Shown: one piece after another, positions 10,200 through 19,652 of the stretch
Layout of the letters: every line of letters begins with the position of its first letter
Numbering within the stretch: the stretch's first letter is position 1
IMG/VR virus record: IMGVR_UViG_2778261246_000001
Coordinates: 1-35,852 of that record
DNA length: 35,852 nucleotides
Origin: a virus
Lineage: Duplodnaviria; Heunggongvirae; Uroviricota; Caudoviricetes
Direction: 5' to 3' (one strand)
Position numbers and translations under genes: made by a program
Notes under the pieces: generated by a model
What the model was told of the DNA's origin: nothing
Database searches by the model: none
The model's input: the letters and a program-made list of their open reading frames with translations, nothing else

Positions 10200-10622
10200 A
10201 TGGCAAAAGTTTTTACACAGGAAGAGCGGGAAAAAATTAAAGGGCAGGTTGTTGAGCTAGTACGCCGGAGTGGACGCGAGACGTTACGGCAACTGGAAGT
10301 CAAGACAGGTGCGACAAGATATCTGATGAGCGTTCTCGCAAGAGAGCTGGTTGCCAGCGGCGATGTATACAACTCTGGTTACGGGTTATTCCCGTCTGAA
10401 CAGGCGCGTAAGGACTGGCAAAATGCCCGTAAAAAGCTCTCAAGGGCAAAGCTGAAGAAACCATCTGCGGTTGATCCGGACCTTATCTGGTCATTACCTG
10501 ACGGAGAAATACGTCGCTACGACAGGCGTCAGAACATAATCTGTCGCGAGTGCCGGAAGAGTGAAGTTATGCAGCGCATATTGTCGTTTTATCAGGGTGA
10601 TGTTCGGTATTTATTGAAGTGA
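10200..10622 (+). CDS. Hypothetical phage protein, about 140 aa
   Basis: ORF with SD GGAGG 5-6 nt before the ATG at 10200; basic; CxxC near the C-terminus (CRECRKS). Confidence 0.5.
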   Translation: MAKVFTQEEREKIKGQVVELVRRSGRETLRQLEVKTGATRYLMSVLARELVASGDVYNSGYGLFPSEQARKDWQNARKKLSRAKLKKPSAVDPDLIWSLPDGEIRRYDRRQNIICRECRKSEVMQRILSFYQGDVRYLLK

Positions 10623-10768
10623 CGAGATTAAAGTGCATTAGTTCAGATGCAAATTGACATTTTGTGGCACAGGGTAGAGCTAGCGTGGTTGTCCGCTTTG
10701 TGCCAACAGCGGACATTATAGATGGTATATGTAGAAAGTGAACATGCGTAGATTGTATGATTTAGCCG

Positions 10769-11578
10769 TCACTTAATTATTGGATAACTCACACAAGTAT
10801 GACCGTTGCTTATCGCATACATTTGGTTTCCCTTAAGATTTACAAATGGAAATGTCGTATACTCATAATTTATAGAGGTCATATTAAATGTAAGGAATTT
10901 ATCTTCAAGTTCTAATTTTGTAGAGTGGGCAGGGTATGTTCCTTCATTTTTCATTGTGATAATAAAACCGATAGGAAAAAAATGTAAAGCACAAATAAAT
11001 GCCACATGTCCTTCGTTCATAAATGCTACACTTTGAGCGGATATGTGCATTCTGTGTGGGTAAAACCAGTAGTAAATATCATGAGTTTCCTCAAAACTTG
11101 AATTTTTACCCAAAACATAATCCTTTAAAGGTGTATAGAAGGGGCTATCTACGGGTTCTTTTTTACAATCTTCAACTGAAGTTGCTGATAGCACGTGCCC
11201 AATCATAGCCTTAGTGAAAGATATGCTATCAAAAGGTATTCTAATGAATGGATATACATTCATACCATTCATATATCGACTTAACTGTTCTTTAAAGGAC
11301 TTTGTTACATTTTCAATTGCAACATCGAGCCCACCTAATACCTTATTGTTACAGTGGCTGCAAATGGTTCTGAAATAAGAGCCATTTTTAGCATTTAATG
11401 GTTTAACTGGTTCCTGAATACCAAAAAATTCGCTAACTGTTTTCTGCAAAACAGGGCCTAAGGTTATGGCGCACTTTGGAGGAACATGATCTTTTGTGAG
11501 CAAGCCATATTTCCCACAAATATTGCAATAACCTTCAGTAATGCCATTGTGCTTCCATCGTTCACTAATTTTCGTCAT
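10769..11578 (-). CDS. HNH-nuclease-like zinc-finger protein with uncharacterised C-terminal domain, 269 aa
   Basis: Intact ORF with SD GAGGGA 7 nt upstream; N-terminal C18-x2-C21...D30-H31-VPPK...C73-x2-C76-N77 is consistent with a bba-Me/HNH fold; sits alone in an AT-rich island. Confidence 0.6.
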   Translation of the reverse strand: MTKISERWKHNGITEGYCNICGKYGLLTKDHVPPKCAITLGPVLQKTVSEFFGIQEPVKPLNAKNGSYFRTICSHCNNKVLGGLDVAIENVTKSFKEQLSRYMNGMNVYPFIRIPFDSISFTKAMIGHVLSATSVEDCKKEPVDSPFYTPLKDYVLGKNSSFEETHDIYYWFYPHRMHISAQSVAFMNEGHVAFICALHFFPIGFIITMKNEGTYPAHSTKLELEDKFLTFNMTSINYEYTTFPFVNLKGNQMYAISNGHTCVSYPIIK

Positions 11579-11762
11579 TTTTATTCCCTCAGTAGCATAA
11601 GCTATCTATACGTTTTTTAATCCTATCAAAGATACAACTTAACGTCAGGAAAATGATAGTGTTTATCTAAGTAATACAATTAACTTCAACGCGTGACAGT
11701 CTGCTTTTCGCTCAAAGCGGACTAGAAGGTTAGCTTGCGTCGGACTTGGCGTATTTAAAGAA

Positions 11763-11987
11763 GTGCTGGTGGTGACTGGTTGTTGTGTTCCATTTCTACA
11801 GAATAAAATCACAGAAACTATACCCAATAGTTGTATTGAATCACTGACGAGACAGCCTCATATTTATCAGGACTGGTGTGCGTCTAATACAGGGGGTTGT
11901 CGTGCTGGTTCTCAAATGTGCGCTGGCTATTGCGGCTGTAATGGCAATTTATTGTCTTGCTGTTGTTCTTATGGAGCGGCTTTCTGA
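11763..11987 (+). CDS. Questionable small Cys-rich ORF (74 aa, GTG start)
   Basis: 11 Cys in 74 aa (..CASNTGGCRAGSQMCAGYCGCNGNLLSCCCSYGAAF); no ATG start and no convincing SD; may be a TG-rich chance frame. Confidence 0.15.
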   Translation: MLVVTGCCVPFLQNKITETIPNSCIESLTRQPHIYQDWCASNTGGCRAGSQMCAGYCGCNGNLLSCCCSYGAAF

Positions 11988-12138
11988 TTGATTACATACT
12001 GGCTAGAAAAAAGGTGTTACCTTGGTTTATCTTTGTCCGGCAAGGTGCGCTCATTAATCTTAAGTAAATTTATTGCTCAAGTATTCAGATTACTTCTTAT
12101 GGTTGAAGTCTCCTGTCAATGTAGAACCAATATATTTA

Positions 12139-12175
12139 CAAAAATGAGACCCGTCGGGGATAGCCCTGCCGGGTC
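12139..12175 (-). terminator. Putative rho-independent terminator downstream of the YeaR-like gene
   Basis: Arms AGACCCG / CGGGTCT (12146-12152, 12169-12175) with a T-run on the minus strand (complement of 12139-12145). Confidence 0.4.
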
Positions 12176-12205
12176 TGACTGTTAAAGCATTTTTAATATG
12201 ATCAT

Positions 12206-12544
12206 CTATTTTTTGGTGCTATAGACTTTTTCGCCCGAGAAGTCTGGAGCGACCCAAAAGTTAATATTAAACTGAGCATCATCGCTTAGTTCAACACGGT
12301 GCCAGTATTGTGGTGGGCTTGTTGCAAAAGCGCCAGCATTAATGACTACTTTTATCTCCGGTTCAGTAGCATTCTCATCAGTAAAACCATAATATGTTAC
12401 AGTGCCTTCCATTACGCACAACTGCCCAAAAACACCTGCTGCTGTATTATGATGTGTTAATAACGCTGAAGGTACGTTCTCTTTTGTGAAGAACGGAGTT
12501 GAGCGTTTGATTACCCAATCTTTAGGAATTCTCTTGTGTGTCAT
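12206..12544 (-). CDS. YeaR/DUF1971-family protein, about 112 aa
   Basis: Aligns by eye with recalled E. coli YeaR (RSTPFxxK...GxVxYxGxxDExxxEPxxxVxIxAGxFAxxPPxxWHxxExxxDxxFNIxFxVAP); strong SD GAGGAGG 5 nt before the internal ATG. Confidence 0.6.
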   Translation of the reverse strand: MTHKRIPKDWVIKRSTPFFTKENVPSALLTHHNTAAGVFGQLCVMEGTVTYYGFTDENATEPEIKVVINAGAFATSPPQYWHRVELSDDAQFNINFWVAPDFSGEKVYSTKK

Positions 12545-13357
12545 AACCACCTCCTCAAAAACATGCATTATAAATGCGTGTTTTTGAGGGTTATGTCAAG
12601 CTGTTATGAAACACATAATTGATATGTTGATTAGAGGAGAAGATATAATAAATATGGTTGTTTTTCGTATAACTATTTGTTTTACTTTTAGTTTATGCAT
12701 TCTGTGTGTTAGGAATAAGTTATTAAAGTTTAATAAAAAAATCTCGATGTAGTCCACATAGATTATTGTTACTGAACCTTATTGTGTGTATTAGTTGTGT
12801 TCTGAAATTTCAGCTTAATTATTTATGATGTATTTTTTAACGATAAATATTTTCCCAGGATACCTTTACTGTGTATATAAATAAATTATATACACATAAA
12901 TAATGTAAAGGCGTCCTTTTAGATATATCTTATCAAATGTTAATGACTTGAGTGGGAAATATGATTCCAGCAACTTATCATGTGGCTACTTTATAAAAAT
13001 AATGCCCATATAAAACAACAAGCGAAAAGGATTACGGATAAAAAAGGAGCGAGATGTGCGAACTTGTTATTTTCCATGTTTAACCACCTTAAATAATTGA
13101 TGATGACGGGATGATTGCATCTGTAATGCTTTTATTGAAATGTTATGATAAAAAAGAACTTTTGCATAACATTAAAATGTAATTTATCTAATCGTTTTTA
13201 ATAATAAATGTCGTATTTCTATCCTTGTACCAGCTATTTGATATGTAGTGTTTGTTCATGCTATGTGGGGCTTTACACCATAGCCAGTTTATTTATACTT
13301 TATTCGTCAGCCTGAACAACTGGCATCTGCTGCGCTGCGCCATCGAGAGATTGAGAA

Positions 13358-13957
13358 ATGGCGCATATACAACTGGTCAAACAAACCTCTTCTGGTTTAC
13401 TTCTCCCGGCGACGCCGGAGAGTTGCGATTTTTTGCATCAAATCAAAATAGGTGAGTGGATACACGCAGACTTTAAGCGTGTGCGTAACTACGCATTCCA
13501 CAAGCGTTTTTTCAAACTCCTGCAACTGGGATTCGATTACTGGACTCCGGTCGGTGGGGCGATCACGCCTCGCGAACGAAAACTGGTATCGGGCTTCGTT
13601 GATTACCTGTGCGAATCAGTAGGTCGGGAACACACTCCAGCCCTGAGTGATGCCGCAGAGCAATACCTTAATACCGTTGCGACATGCAGAACCCGGGATA
13701 CGGCATTGCTAAAGTCGTTTGACGCTTTCCGCGAGTGGGTAACCATTCAGGCAGGATTTTACACCGAGTATATTTATCCTGATGGTAGTCGTGGGCGCAG
13801 GGCAAAATCTATCGCATTTGCGAACATGGACGAAACCGAGTTTCAGCAGGTTTATAAATCTGTACTGAATGTGCTGTGGAACTGGATCCTGTTCCGTAAA
13901 TTTTCCTCTCCGGAGGAAGTCGAAAATGTGGCCGCACAGTTACTGGAGTTTGCGTAA
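13358..13957 (+). CDS. Nin-region phage protein (DUF1367-like), 199 aa
   Basis: Intact ORF with an ATG start; position between the accessory island and the YbcO-like gene; family assignment from memory only. Confidence 0.5.
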   Translation: MAHIQLVKQTSSGLLLPATPESCDFLHQIKIGEWIHADFKRVRNYAFHKRFFKLLQLGFDYWTPVGGAITPRERKLVSGFVDYLCESVGREHTPALSDAAEQYLNTVATCRTRDTALLKSFDAFREWVTIQAGFYTEYIYPDGSRGRRAKSIAFANMDETEFQQVYKSVLNVLWNWILFRKFSSPEEVENVAAQLLEFA

Positions 13958-14247
13958 TGGTGGATTTACGTAAAGCGGCGCGGGGGCAGATGTGCACCGT
14001 CAGAATTCCTGGCTACTGCAATCACAATCCCGAAACATCTGTGCTGGCGCATTACAGGCTGTCGGGGACGTGCGGAACAGCGACAAAACCACACGATATG
14101 CAGGCGGCGATTGCCTGTAGCTCATGCCACGATTTAATCGACGGGAGAGTAAAAACCAGCGATTACACCAAAGAAGAATTACGCCTGATGCATGCAGAAG
14201 GTGTTTTTCGCACACAAGAAATCTGGAGAAAGGAAGGTTATTTATGA
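13957..14247 (+). CDS. YbcO-like (DUF1364) putative nuclease, 96 aa
   Basis: Cys/His pattern (CxVRIPGYCN...ETSVLAHYR...CSSCHDLID) resembles recalled DLP12 YbcO; start overlaps the upstream stop (TAATG). Confidence 0.6.
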   Translation: MVDLRKAARGQMCTVRIPGYCNHNPETSVLAHYRLSGTCGTATKPHDMQAAIACSSCHDLIDGRVKTSDYTKEELRLMHAEGVFRTQEIWRKEGYL

Positions 14248-14786
14248 TTTACCCAACAAATACAGGAAAAAGCGGGGAACACCTTCGTCTCACCACGCTG
14301 GAAAGTGTCTGGATTCAGGGGAAACTGCGTATGTGGGGGCGCTGGTCGTATATTGGCGGCGGTAAGACGGGGAATATGTTTAACCAGTTGCTGGCATCCA
14401 AAAAATTGACGAAAACAGCCATCAATGAAGCCCTGCGCAGAATGAAAAAAGCGGGAATGGATAAAATTGAGCTGGCGATATATTTTCGTGAGATGATCGA
14501 AGGAAAGCAAAAAAGCTGGCTGGCGCATTGTACGGATGCGGAGGCGTTATGCATTGATCGGGTGATTAGTGAAGTGCTGGCAAAACACCCAGGATTGATT
14601 TGTATCCTCCGGCAACGATATGAAGGGAGGGGGATGACTAAGCGTAAAATGGCTGAATTGCTGAATGATGCACATCCTGAGTGGTGTTTTAGCACATGCG
14701 AAAAGCGAATTGCTAATTGGTTAGCCGTTGCTGAATATGCCCTGTATATTCCCATGCGAGAATCATTTGCTCAAAAAATAGCTTGA
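14244..14786 (+). CDS. Late-gene antiterminator, Q family (phage 82/933W type), 180 aa
   Basis: Start overlaps the upstream stop (ATGA) with SD AGGAAGG; located immediately upstream of the tRNA genes and lysis cassette; N-terminal LESVWIQGKLRMWGRW resembles the Q-family LERWGAW motif. Confidence 0.6.
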   Translation: MIYPTNTGKSGEHLRLTTLESVWIQGKLRMWGRWSYIGGGKTGNMFNQLLASKKLTKTAINEALRRMKKAGMDKIELAIYFREMIEGKQKSWLAHCTDAEALCIDRVISEVLAKHPGLICILRQRYEGRGMTKRKMAELLNDAHPEWCFSTCEKRIANWLAVAEYALYIPMRESFAQKIA

Positions 14787-14870
14787 TTTTTTACGCATAA
14801 ATTGCTTCAATTCCGGTATGCTTCGCAAAGCTGTATCGCGAGGCGAACCAAGCGCATGAACTTTACCAGA

Positions 14871-14895
14871 ACCCGCCATTGAGCGGGTTTTGTTG
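14871..14895 (+). terminator. Hairpin plus T-rich tract downstream of Q (tR'-like candidate)
   Basis: ACCCGC-cattga-GCGGGT followed by TTTGTTGTTT. Confidence 0.3.
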
Positions 14896-15113
14896 TTTCT
14901 GGGGGGGGCATTTCGTTAAATGAAGCTGTGTTGTGCGCAATTAGCTAATAACACGAATCGTGAATGTATATAATGCGCTTGTTCCTTCGATGGTGTATTC
15001 GAATAACGGATTACTGAATACAGCTATCCCATTAAGGGAACACCGCCATCTGCTCATCGGGAAGAGCCGACCATCATTTAAGTGGTAGTTCGATACCTCG
15101 GTGGCGGTTCTGT

Positions 15114-15189
<76 letters not shown>

Positions 15190-15192
15190 TAT

Positions 15193-15267
<75 letters not shown>

Positions 15268-15543
15268 GCATTTGAAATAAGCCTTATTGTATTGCAGCAC
15301 TGGCGTATTTTTATTACGTGGGAGCAGGTTGTTTCGAAAAAGTATTCTGTTCTCTGGCTATGATTTGAGGCCAGGTGTAGCCTCAGTGCTGATTTTTTTA
15401 CGGCAGCAGAATGGTGCATTATCGGTGGAGATTTTGTATTTCCTGGCAGGGCCGGTGATGTGCCATCCCGATGTTGTAAACATCGCTAAAAATGACATTG
15501 AGATTAATCATATACTAAGCAAAACCTGGAAATACATCCTTTA

Positions 15544-15568
15544 CCGCCTCCACCGGGCGGTTTTTTTT
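15544..15568 (+). terminator. Rho-independent terminator between the tRNAs and the lysis genes
   Basis: CCGCC-tccaccg-GGCGG followed by T8. Confidence 0.5.
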
Positions 15569-15954
15569 ATTCTGAACCCTAAAAAAAGAAACACGGACAC
15601 TGATAATGCCCGTGTGGCAATGCCATGTAAGTTAGCGATGAATATGGCGCAAAAAAAAGCGCGGCCGTCGGATTAACGCCGCGGGACAAAGTCCATGAAG
15701 ACTCATAAGTATTGGCCCCCTTCTGGGGACATGTTCATACTACTAAGCTTCAGAAGTGGTTTAAATCATCAAATTAACCTTAATTTTCGATAAGTCTTAT
15801 TTCATTTCTTTGCGCCACATCTGGCGCGCATCAAATAACGCCACGCAAAGGGCATCTGCGGATGCCGGTGCTTTTGACGGGGTGTTTTTTACGGGCCGCT
15901 GGTGGCCATTTTTTGTTTCCATTACACAGCGCCCGCATCTGCGAGGTGGGGGTT

Positions 15955-16170
15955 ATGAAATCCATGGATAAGTTAACAACGGGTGTCGCCTATGGCACCT
16001 CCGCAGGCAGTGCTGGCTACTGGTTTTTACAGTTGCTCGATAGAGTAACTCCGTCACAGTGGGCTGCAATCGGTGTGCTGGGTAGTCTGGTTTTTGGCCT
16101 GCTGACGTACCTGACAAACCTTTATTTCAAGATTAAAGAAGATAAGCGCAAGGCTGCGAGAGGTGAATAA
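15955..16170 (+). CDS. Class II holin / pinholin (S21-like), 71 aa, dual-start motif
   Basis: [31 protein letters not shown]...[11 protein letters not shown] resembles phage 21 S21; Met-Lys-Ser-Met dual start; SD GAGGTGGGGG; two TM segments and a charged C-terminus. Confidence 0.8.
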   Translation: MKSMDKLTTGVAYGTSAGSAGYWFLQLLDRVTPSQWAAIGVLGSLVFGLLTYLTNLYFKIKEDKRKAARGE

Positions 16171-16667
16171 TGCCTCCATCATTACGAAAAGCCGTTGCTG
16201 CTGCTATTGGTGGCGGAGCAATTGCTATAGCATCGGTGTTAATCACTGGCCCAAGTGGTAACGATGGTCTGGAAGGTGTCAGCTACATACCATACAAAGA
16301 TATTGTTGGTGTATGGACTGTATGTCACGGGCATACAGGAAAAGACATCATGCTCGGTAAAACGTATACCAAAGCAGAATGCAAAGCACTCTTGAATAAA
16401 GACCTTGCCACTGTCGCCAGACAAATTAACCCGTACATCAAAGTCGATATACCGGAAACAATGCGCGGCGCTCTTTACTCATTCGTTTACAACGTGGGTG
16501 CTGGCAATTTCAGAACATCGACGCTTCTTCGCAAAATAAACCAGGGCGATATCAAAGGCGCATGTGATCAGCTACGTCGCTGGACATATGCTGGCGGTAA
16601 GCAATGGAAAGGTCTCATGACTCGTCGTGAGATTGAGCGTGAAATCTGTTTGTGGGGTCAGCAATGA
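16170..16667 (+). CDS. SAR endolysin (lysozyme, R21-like), 165 aa
   Basis: Start overlaps the holin stop (TAATG); N-terminal Gly/Ala-rich signal-anchor-release segment ([18 protein letters not shown]) followed by a lysozyme-like domain. Confidence 0.8.
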   Translation: MPPSLRKAVAAAIGGGAIAIASVLITGPSGNDGLEGVSYIPYKDIVGVWTVCHGHTGKDIMLGKTYTKAECKALLNKDLATVARQINPYIKVDIPETMRGALYSFVYNVGAGNFRTSTLLRKINQGDIKGACDQLRRWTYAGGKQWKGLMTRREIEREICLWGQQ

Positions 16668-17128
16668 ACAGAGTAACCGCGATTATCTCCGCTCTGGTTA
16701 TCTGCATCATCGTCTGCCTGTCATGGGCTGTTAATCATTACCGTGATAACGCCATTACCTACAAAGCCCAGCGCGACAAAAATGCCAGAGAACTGAAGCT
16801 GGCGAACGCGGCAATTACTGACATGCAGATGCGTCAGCGTGATGTTGCTGCGCTCGATGCAAAATACACGAAGGAGTTAGCTGATGCGAAAGCTGAAAAT
16901 GATGCTCTGCGTGATGATGTTGCCGCTGGTCGTCGTCGGTTGCACATCAAAGCAGTCTGTCAGTCAGTGCGTGAAGCCACCACCGCCTCCGGCGTGGATA
17001 ATGCAGCCTCCCCCCGACTGGCAGACACCGCTGAACGGGATTATTTCACCCTCCGGGAACGACTGGTAATAATGCAGGCCCAACTTGAAGGTGCTCAGCA
17101 ATACATAACCGAGCAGTGTTTAAAGTAA
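16664..17128 (+). CDS. Rz-like i-spanin, 154 aa
   Basis: Start overlaps the endolysin stop (ATGA); N-terminal TM segment then coiled-coil-like, charged periplasmic domain. Confidence 0.75.
   Translation: MNRVTAIISALVICIIVCLSWAVNHYRDNAITYKAQRDKNARELKLANAAITDMQMRQRDVAALDAKYTKELADAKAENDALRDDVAAGRRRLHIKAVCQSVREATTASGVDNAASPRLADTAERDYFTLRERLVIMQAQLEGAQQYITEQCLK
16884..17069 (+). CDS. Rz1-like o-spanin lipoprotein embedded in the +1 frame of Rz, 61 aa
   Basis: Signal peptide with lipobox LVVVGC and a proline-rich mature part ([18 protein letters not shown]); entirely inside Rz. Confidence 0.65.
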   Translation: MRKLKMMLCVMMLPLVVVGCTSKQSVSQCVKPPPPPAWIMQPPPDWQTPLNGIISPSGNDW

Positions 17129-17265
17129 AATCTTAACTACAATATGATTCATTTTGATGATTGTTTCATAAGGAACAGTGAAGTAAGATCTAAGAGGAGT
17201 TAAATTTTATACAGTATAATCATAATATTGCAGCAAGGTGGTTATAATTGAAAGAATATTTAGAT

Positions 17266-18723
17266 ATGAATACATCTCATGTAAGAGTTGTTACTCATAT
17301 GTGTGGGTTCTTGGTTTGGCTTTATAGTCTTTCAATGTTGCCACCAATGGTTGTAGCATTGTTTTATAAAGAAAAAAGCCTGTTCGTTTTCTTTATAACT
17401 TTCGTTATATTTTTTTGCATTGGTGGCGGAGCGTGGTATACAACTAAGAAATCTGGCATTCAATTACGTACCCGTGATGGGTTTATTATAATTGTAATGT
17501 TTTGGATTTTGTTTTCTGTTATTAGTGCATTCCCTTTATGGATTGACTCAGAACTTAATTTAACGTTCATTGATGCTCTGTTTGAAGGGGTTTCTGGAAT
17601 AACAACAACAGGAGCAACTGTAATTGATGATGTTAGTTCATTACCTCGGGCATATTTGTACTATCGGTCACAGTTAAATTTTATAGGTGGTTTAGGAGTT
17701 ATTGTTCTGGCGGTTGCAGTATTGCCATTATTGGGTATTGGTGGTGCAAAGCTTTATCAGTCAGAAATGCCGGGGCCATTTAAGGATGACAAACTCACTC
17801 CCCGCCTGGCCGATACGTCACGGACACTGTGGATAACTTATTCTTTATTAGGTATTGCTTGTATTGTCTGTTATAGACTTGCAGGAATGCCTTTGTTTGA
17901 TGCTATTTGTCACGGGATTTCCACAGTTTCGCTTGGTGGTTTCTCAACTCATAGCGAGAGTATCGGATATTTTAATAACTATTTGGTTGAGCTGGTGGCT
18001 GGTTCTTTTTCCCTGCTATCGGCTTTCAACTTCACTCTTTGGTATATTGTTATTAGCAGAAAAACGATAAAACCTTTAATCAGAGATATTGAACTTCGTT
18101 TCTTTCTGTTAATAGCCTTAGGGGTGATCATTGTTACCTCTTTCCAGGTCTGGCATATAGGTATGTATGACTTGCATGGAAGTTTTATTCATTCGTTTTT
18201 TCTTGCCAGCTCCATGCTCACTGATAATGGTTTAGCTACGCAGGATTATGCAAACTGGCCCACGCACACGATAGTGTTTTTGCTGTTGTCAAGTTTCTTT
18301 GGGGGATGTATAGGTTCAACCTGTGGTGGAATTAAGTCACTTCGATTTCTTATACTTTTCAAACAAAGCAAACACGAGATAAATCAGCTTTCTCATCCCA
18401 GAGCGTTGTTGAGTGTAAATGTAGGAGGGAAGATAGTTACAGATCGTGTAATGAGGTCTGTATGGAGTTTCTTTTTTCTTTATACTCTCTTCACGGTGTT
18501 TTTTATACTGGTGTTAAATGGTATGGGATATGATTTTCTTACATCATTTGCAACAGTGGCTGCATGTATTAATAATATGGGATTAGGTTTTGGGGCTACT
18601 GCATCGTCATTCGGAGTGCTTAATGACATTGCAAAGTATTTAATGTGCATAGCTATGATTCTTGGTCGCCTTGAAATTTATCCTGTTATTATATTGTTTT
18701 CAGGTTTTTTTTGGCGCTCCTAA
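17266..18723 (+). CDS. trkG: TrkG potassium uptake protein (TrkH/TrkG family), 485 aa
   Basis: Polytopic membrane protein matching recalled Rac TrkG (MNTSHVRVVTHMCGFLVWLYSL...); markedly AT-rich relative to neighbours (moron). Confidence 0.85.
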   Translation: MNTSHVRVVTHMCGFLVWLYSLSMLPPMVVALFYKEKSLFVFFITFVIFFCIGGGAWYTTKKSGIQLRTRDGFIIIVMFWILFSVISAFPLWIDSELNLTFIDALFEGVSGITTTGATVIDDVSSLPRAYLYYRSQLNFIGGLGVIVLAVAVLPLLGIGGAKLYQSEMPGPFKDDKLTPRLADTSRTLWITYSLLGIACIVCYRLAGMPLFDAICHGISTVSLGGFSTHSESIGYFNNYLVELVAGSFSLLSAFNFTLWYIVISRKTIKPLIRDIELRFFLLIALGVIIVTSFQVWHIGMYDLHGSFIHSFFLASSMLTDNGLATQDYANWPTHTIVFLLLSSFFGGCIGSTCGGIKSLRFLILFKQSKHEINQLSHPRALLSVNVGGKIVTDRVMRSVWSFFFLYTLFTVFFILVLNGMGYDFLTSFATVAACINNMGLGFGATASSFGVLNDIAKYLMCIAMILGRLEIYPVIILFSGFFWRS

Positions 18724-18860
18724 TATATGGCTGATTTATAATTGTGAGTTTAATATTATGTTGACTCACTCATTGATCCAATACCTAACTTTACCAGCAA
18801 CACCTCCGCCCCCAGTAGCACTGGCTGCTGGGGTGCGTTTTATTCATAAAGCAAGGCTGT

Positions 18861-19652
18861 ATGAGCGAGAAATTAAAGATAGTCTATCGCCCATTACAAG
18901 AATTGTCACCGTATGCGCACAACGCCAGGACGCACAGCCCTGAGCAGGTGGCACAACTGGTAGAAAGTATTAAGCAATTCGGCTGGACTAATCCGGTGCT
19001 GATTGACGAAAAGGGCGAAATTATTGCGGGTCACGGTCGTGTTATGGCGGCTGAAATGCTCAAAATGGATTCTGTTCCGGTCATTGTTCTGTCTGGCCTG
19101 ACGGATGAGCAGAAAAAGGCGTACCGCCTGGCAGATAATCGCCTGCCGATGAATGCTGGCTGGGATGAAGATCTGTTGCGGATGGAGCTGTCGGACCTAA
19201 TCAATGCTGATTTTGATGTCTCCCTGACAGGCTTCATCCCGACAGAAATTGATGAACTGTTGACGGATGTTTTGCCCGGTACAGGAAATGAGGAGGAGCC
19301 GTATACGACGAAAATTGATACGCCTGTTTATGAGCCGTCGGGCGGTAAACCGGATATCAGTGAACTGTACGACGATACGAAAACTCAGGAGCTGATCAGC
19401 CGGATACGTTCGGCGTCCCTTGAGCCTGATATTGAGAAATTCCTCCTGTGTGCGGCAGAACGTCACACGGTGTTTAATTTCAGCAGAATTGCGGACTATT
19501 ACGCTCACGCCCCCGCTGAAATTCAGTGTTTTTTCGAGGAGTCGGCGCTGGTGATCATTGATTATCAGCAGGCTATTGAAAATGGATTTGTCCGGATGAC
19601 GCAGCGCATGGTGGAGATCATGCATGGTGGTGAGGAGGAGGAATATGCGTGA
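18861..19652 (+). CDS. ynaK: ParB-like nuclease-domain protein, 263 aa
   Basis: N-terminal ParB/Srx-like motif (..NPVLIDEKGEIIAGHGRVMAA..LSGLTDEQKKAYRLADNRL); acidic C-terminus; symbol by analogy with the Rac ynaK fragment, from memory. Confidence 0.65.
   Translation: MSEKLKIVYRPLQELSPYAHNARTHSPEQVAQLVESIKQFGWTNPVLIDEKGEIIAGHGRVMAAEMLKMDSVPVIVLSGLTDEQKKAYRLADNRLPMNAGWDEDLLRMELSDLINADFDVSLTGFIPTEIDELLTDVLPGTGNEEEPYTTKIDTPVYEPSGGKPDISELYDDTKTQELISRIRSASLEPDIEKFLLCAAERHTVFNFSRIADYYAHAPAEIQCFFEESALVIIDYQQAIENGFVRMTQRMVEIMHGGEEEEYA

Noticed and set aside
14901-14908. G8 homopolymer downstream of Q as a possible phase-variation switch
   Set aside because: It is intergenic and not within or immediately upstream of a start codon; noted only as a slippage-prone tract.
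15287-15676. 129-aa plus-strand ORF downstream of the tRNA genes
   Set aside because: Runs through the terminator hairpin at 15544-15568, has no SD and low-complexity composition; likely non-coding leader DNA upstream of the lysis genes.
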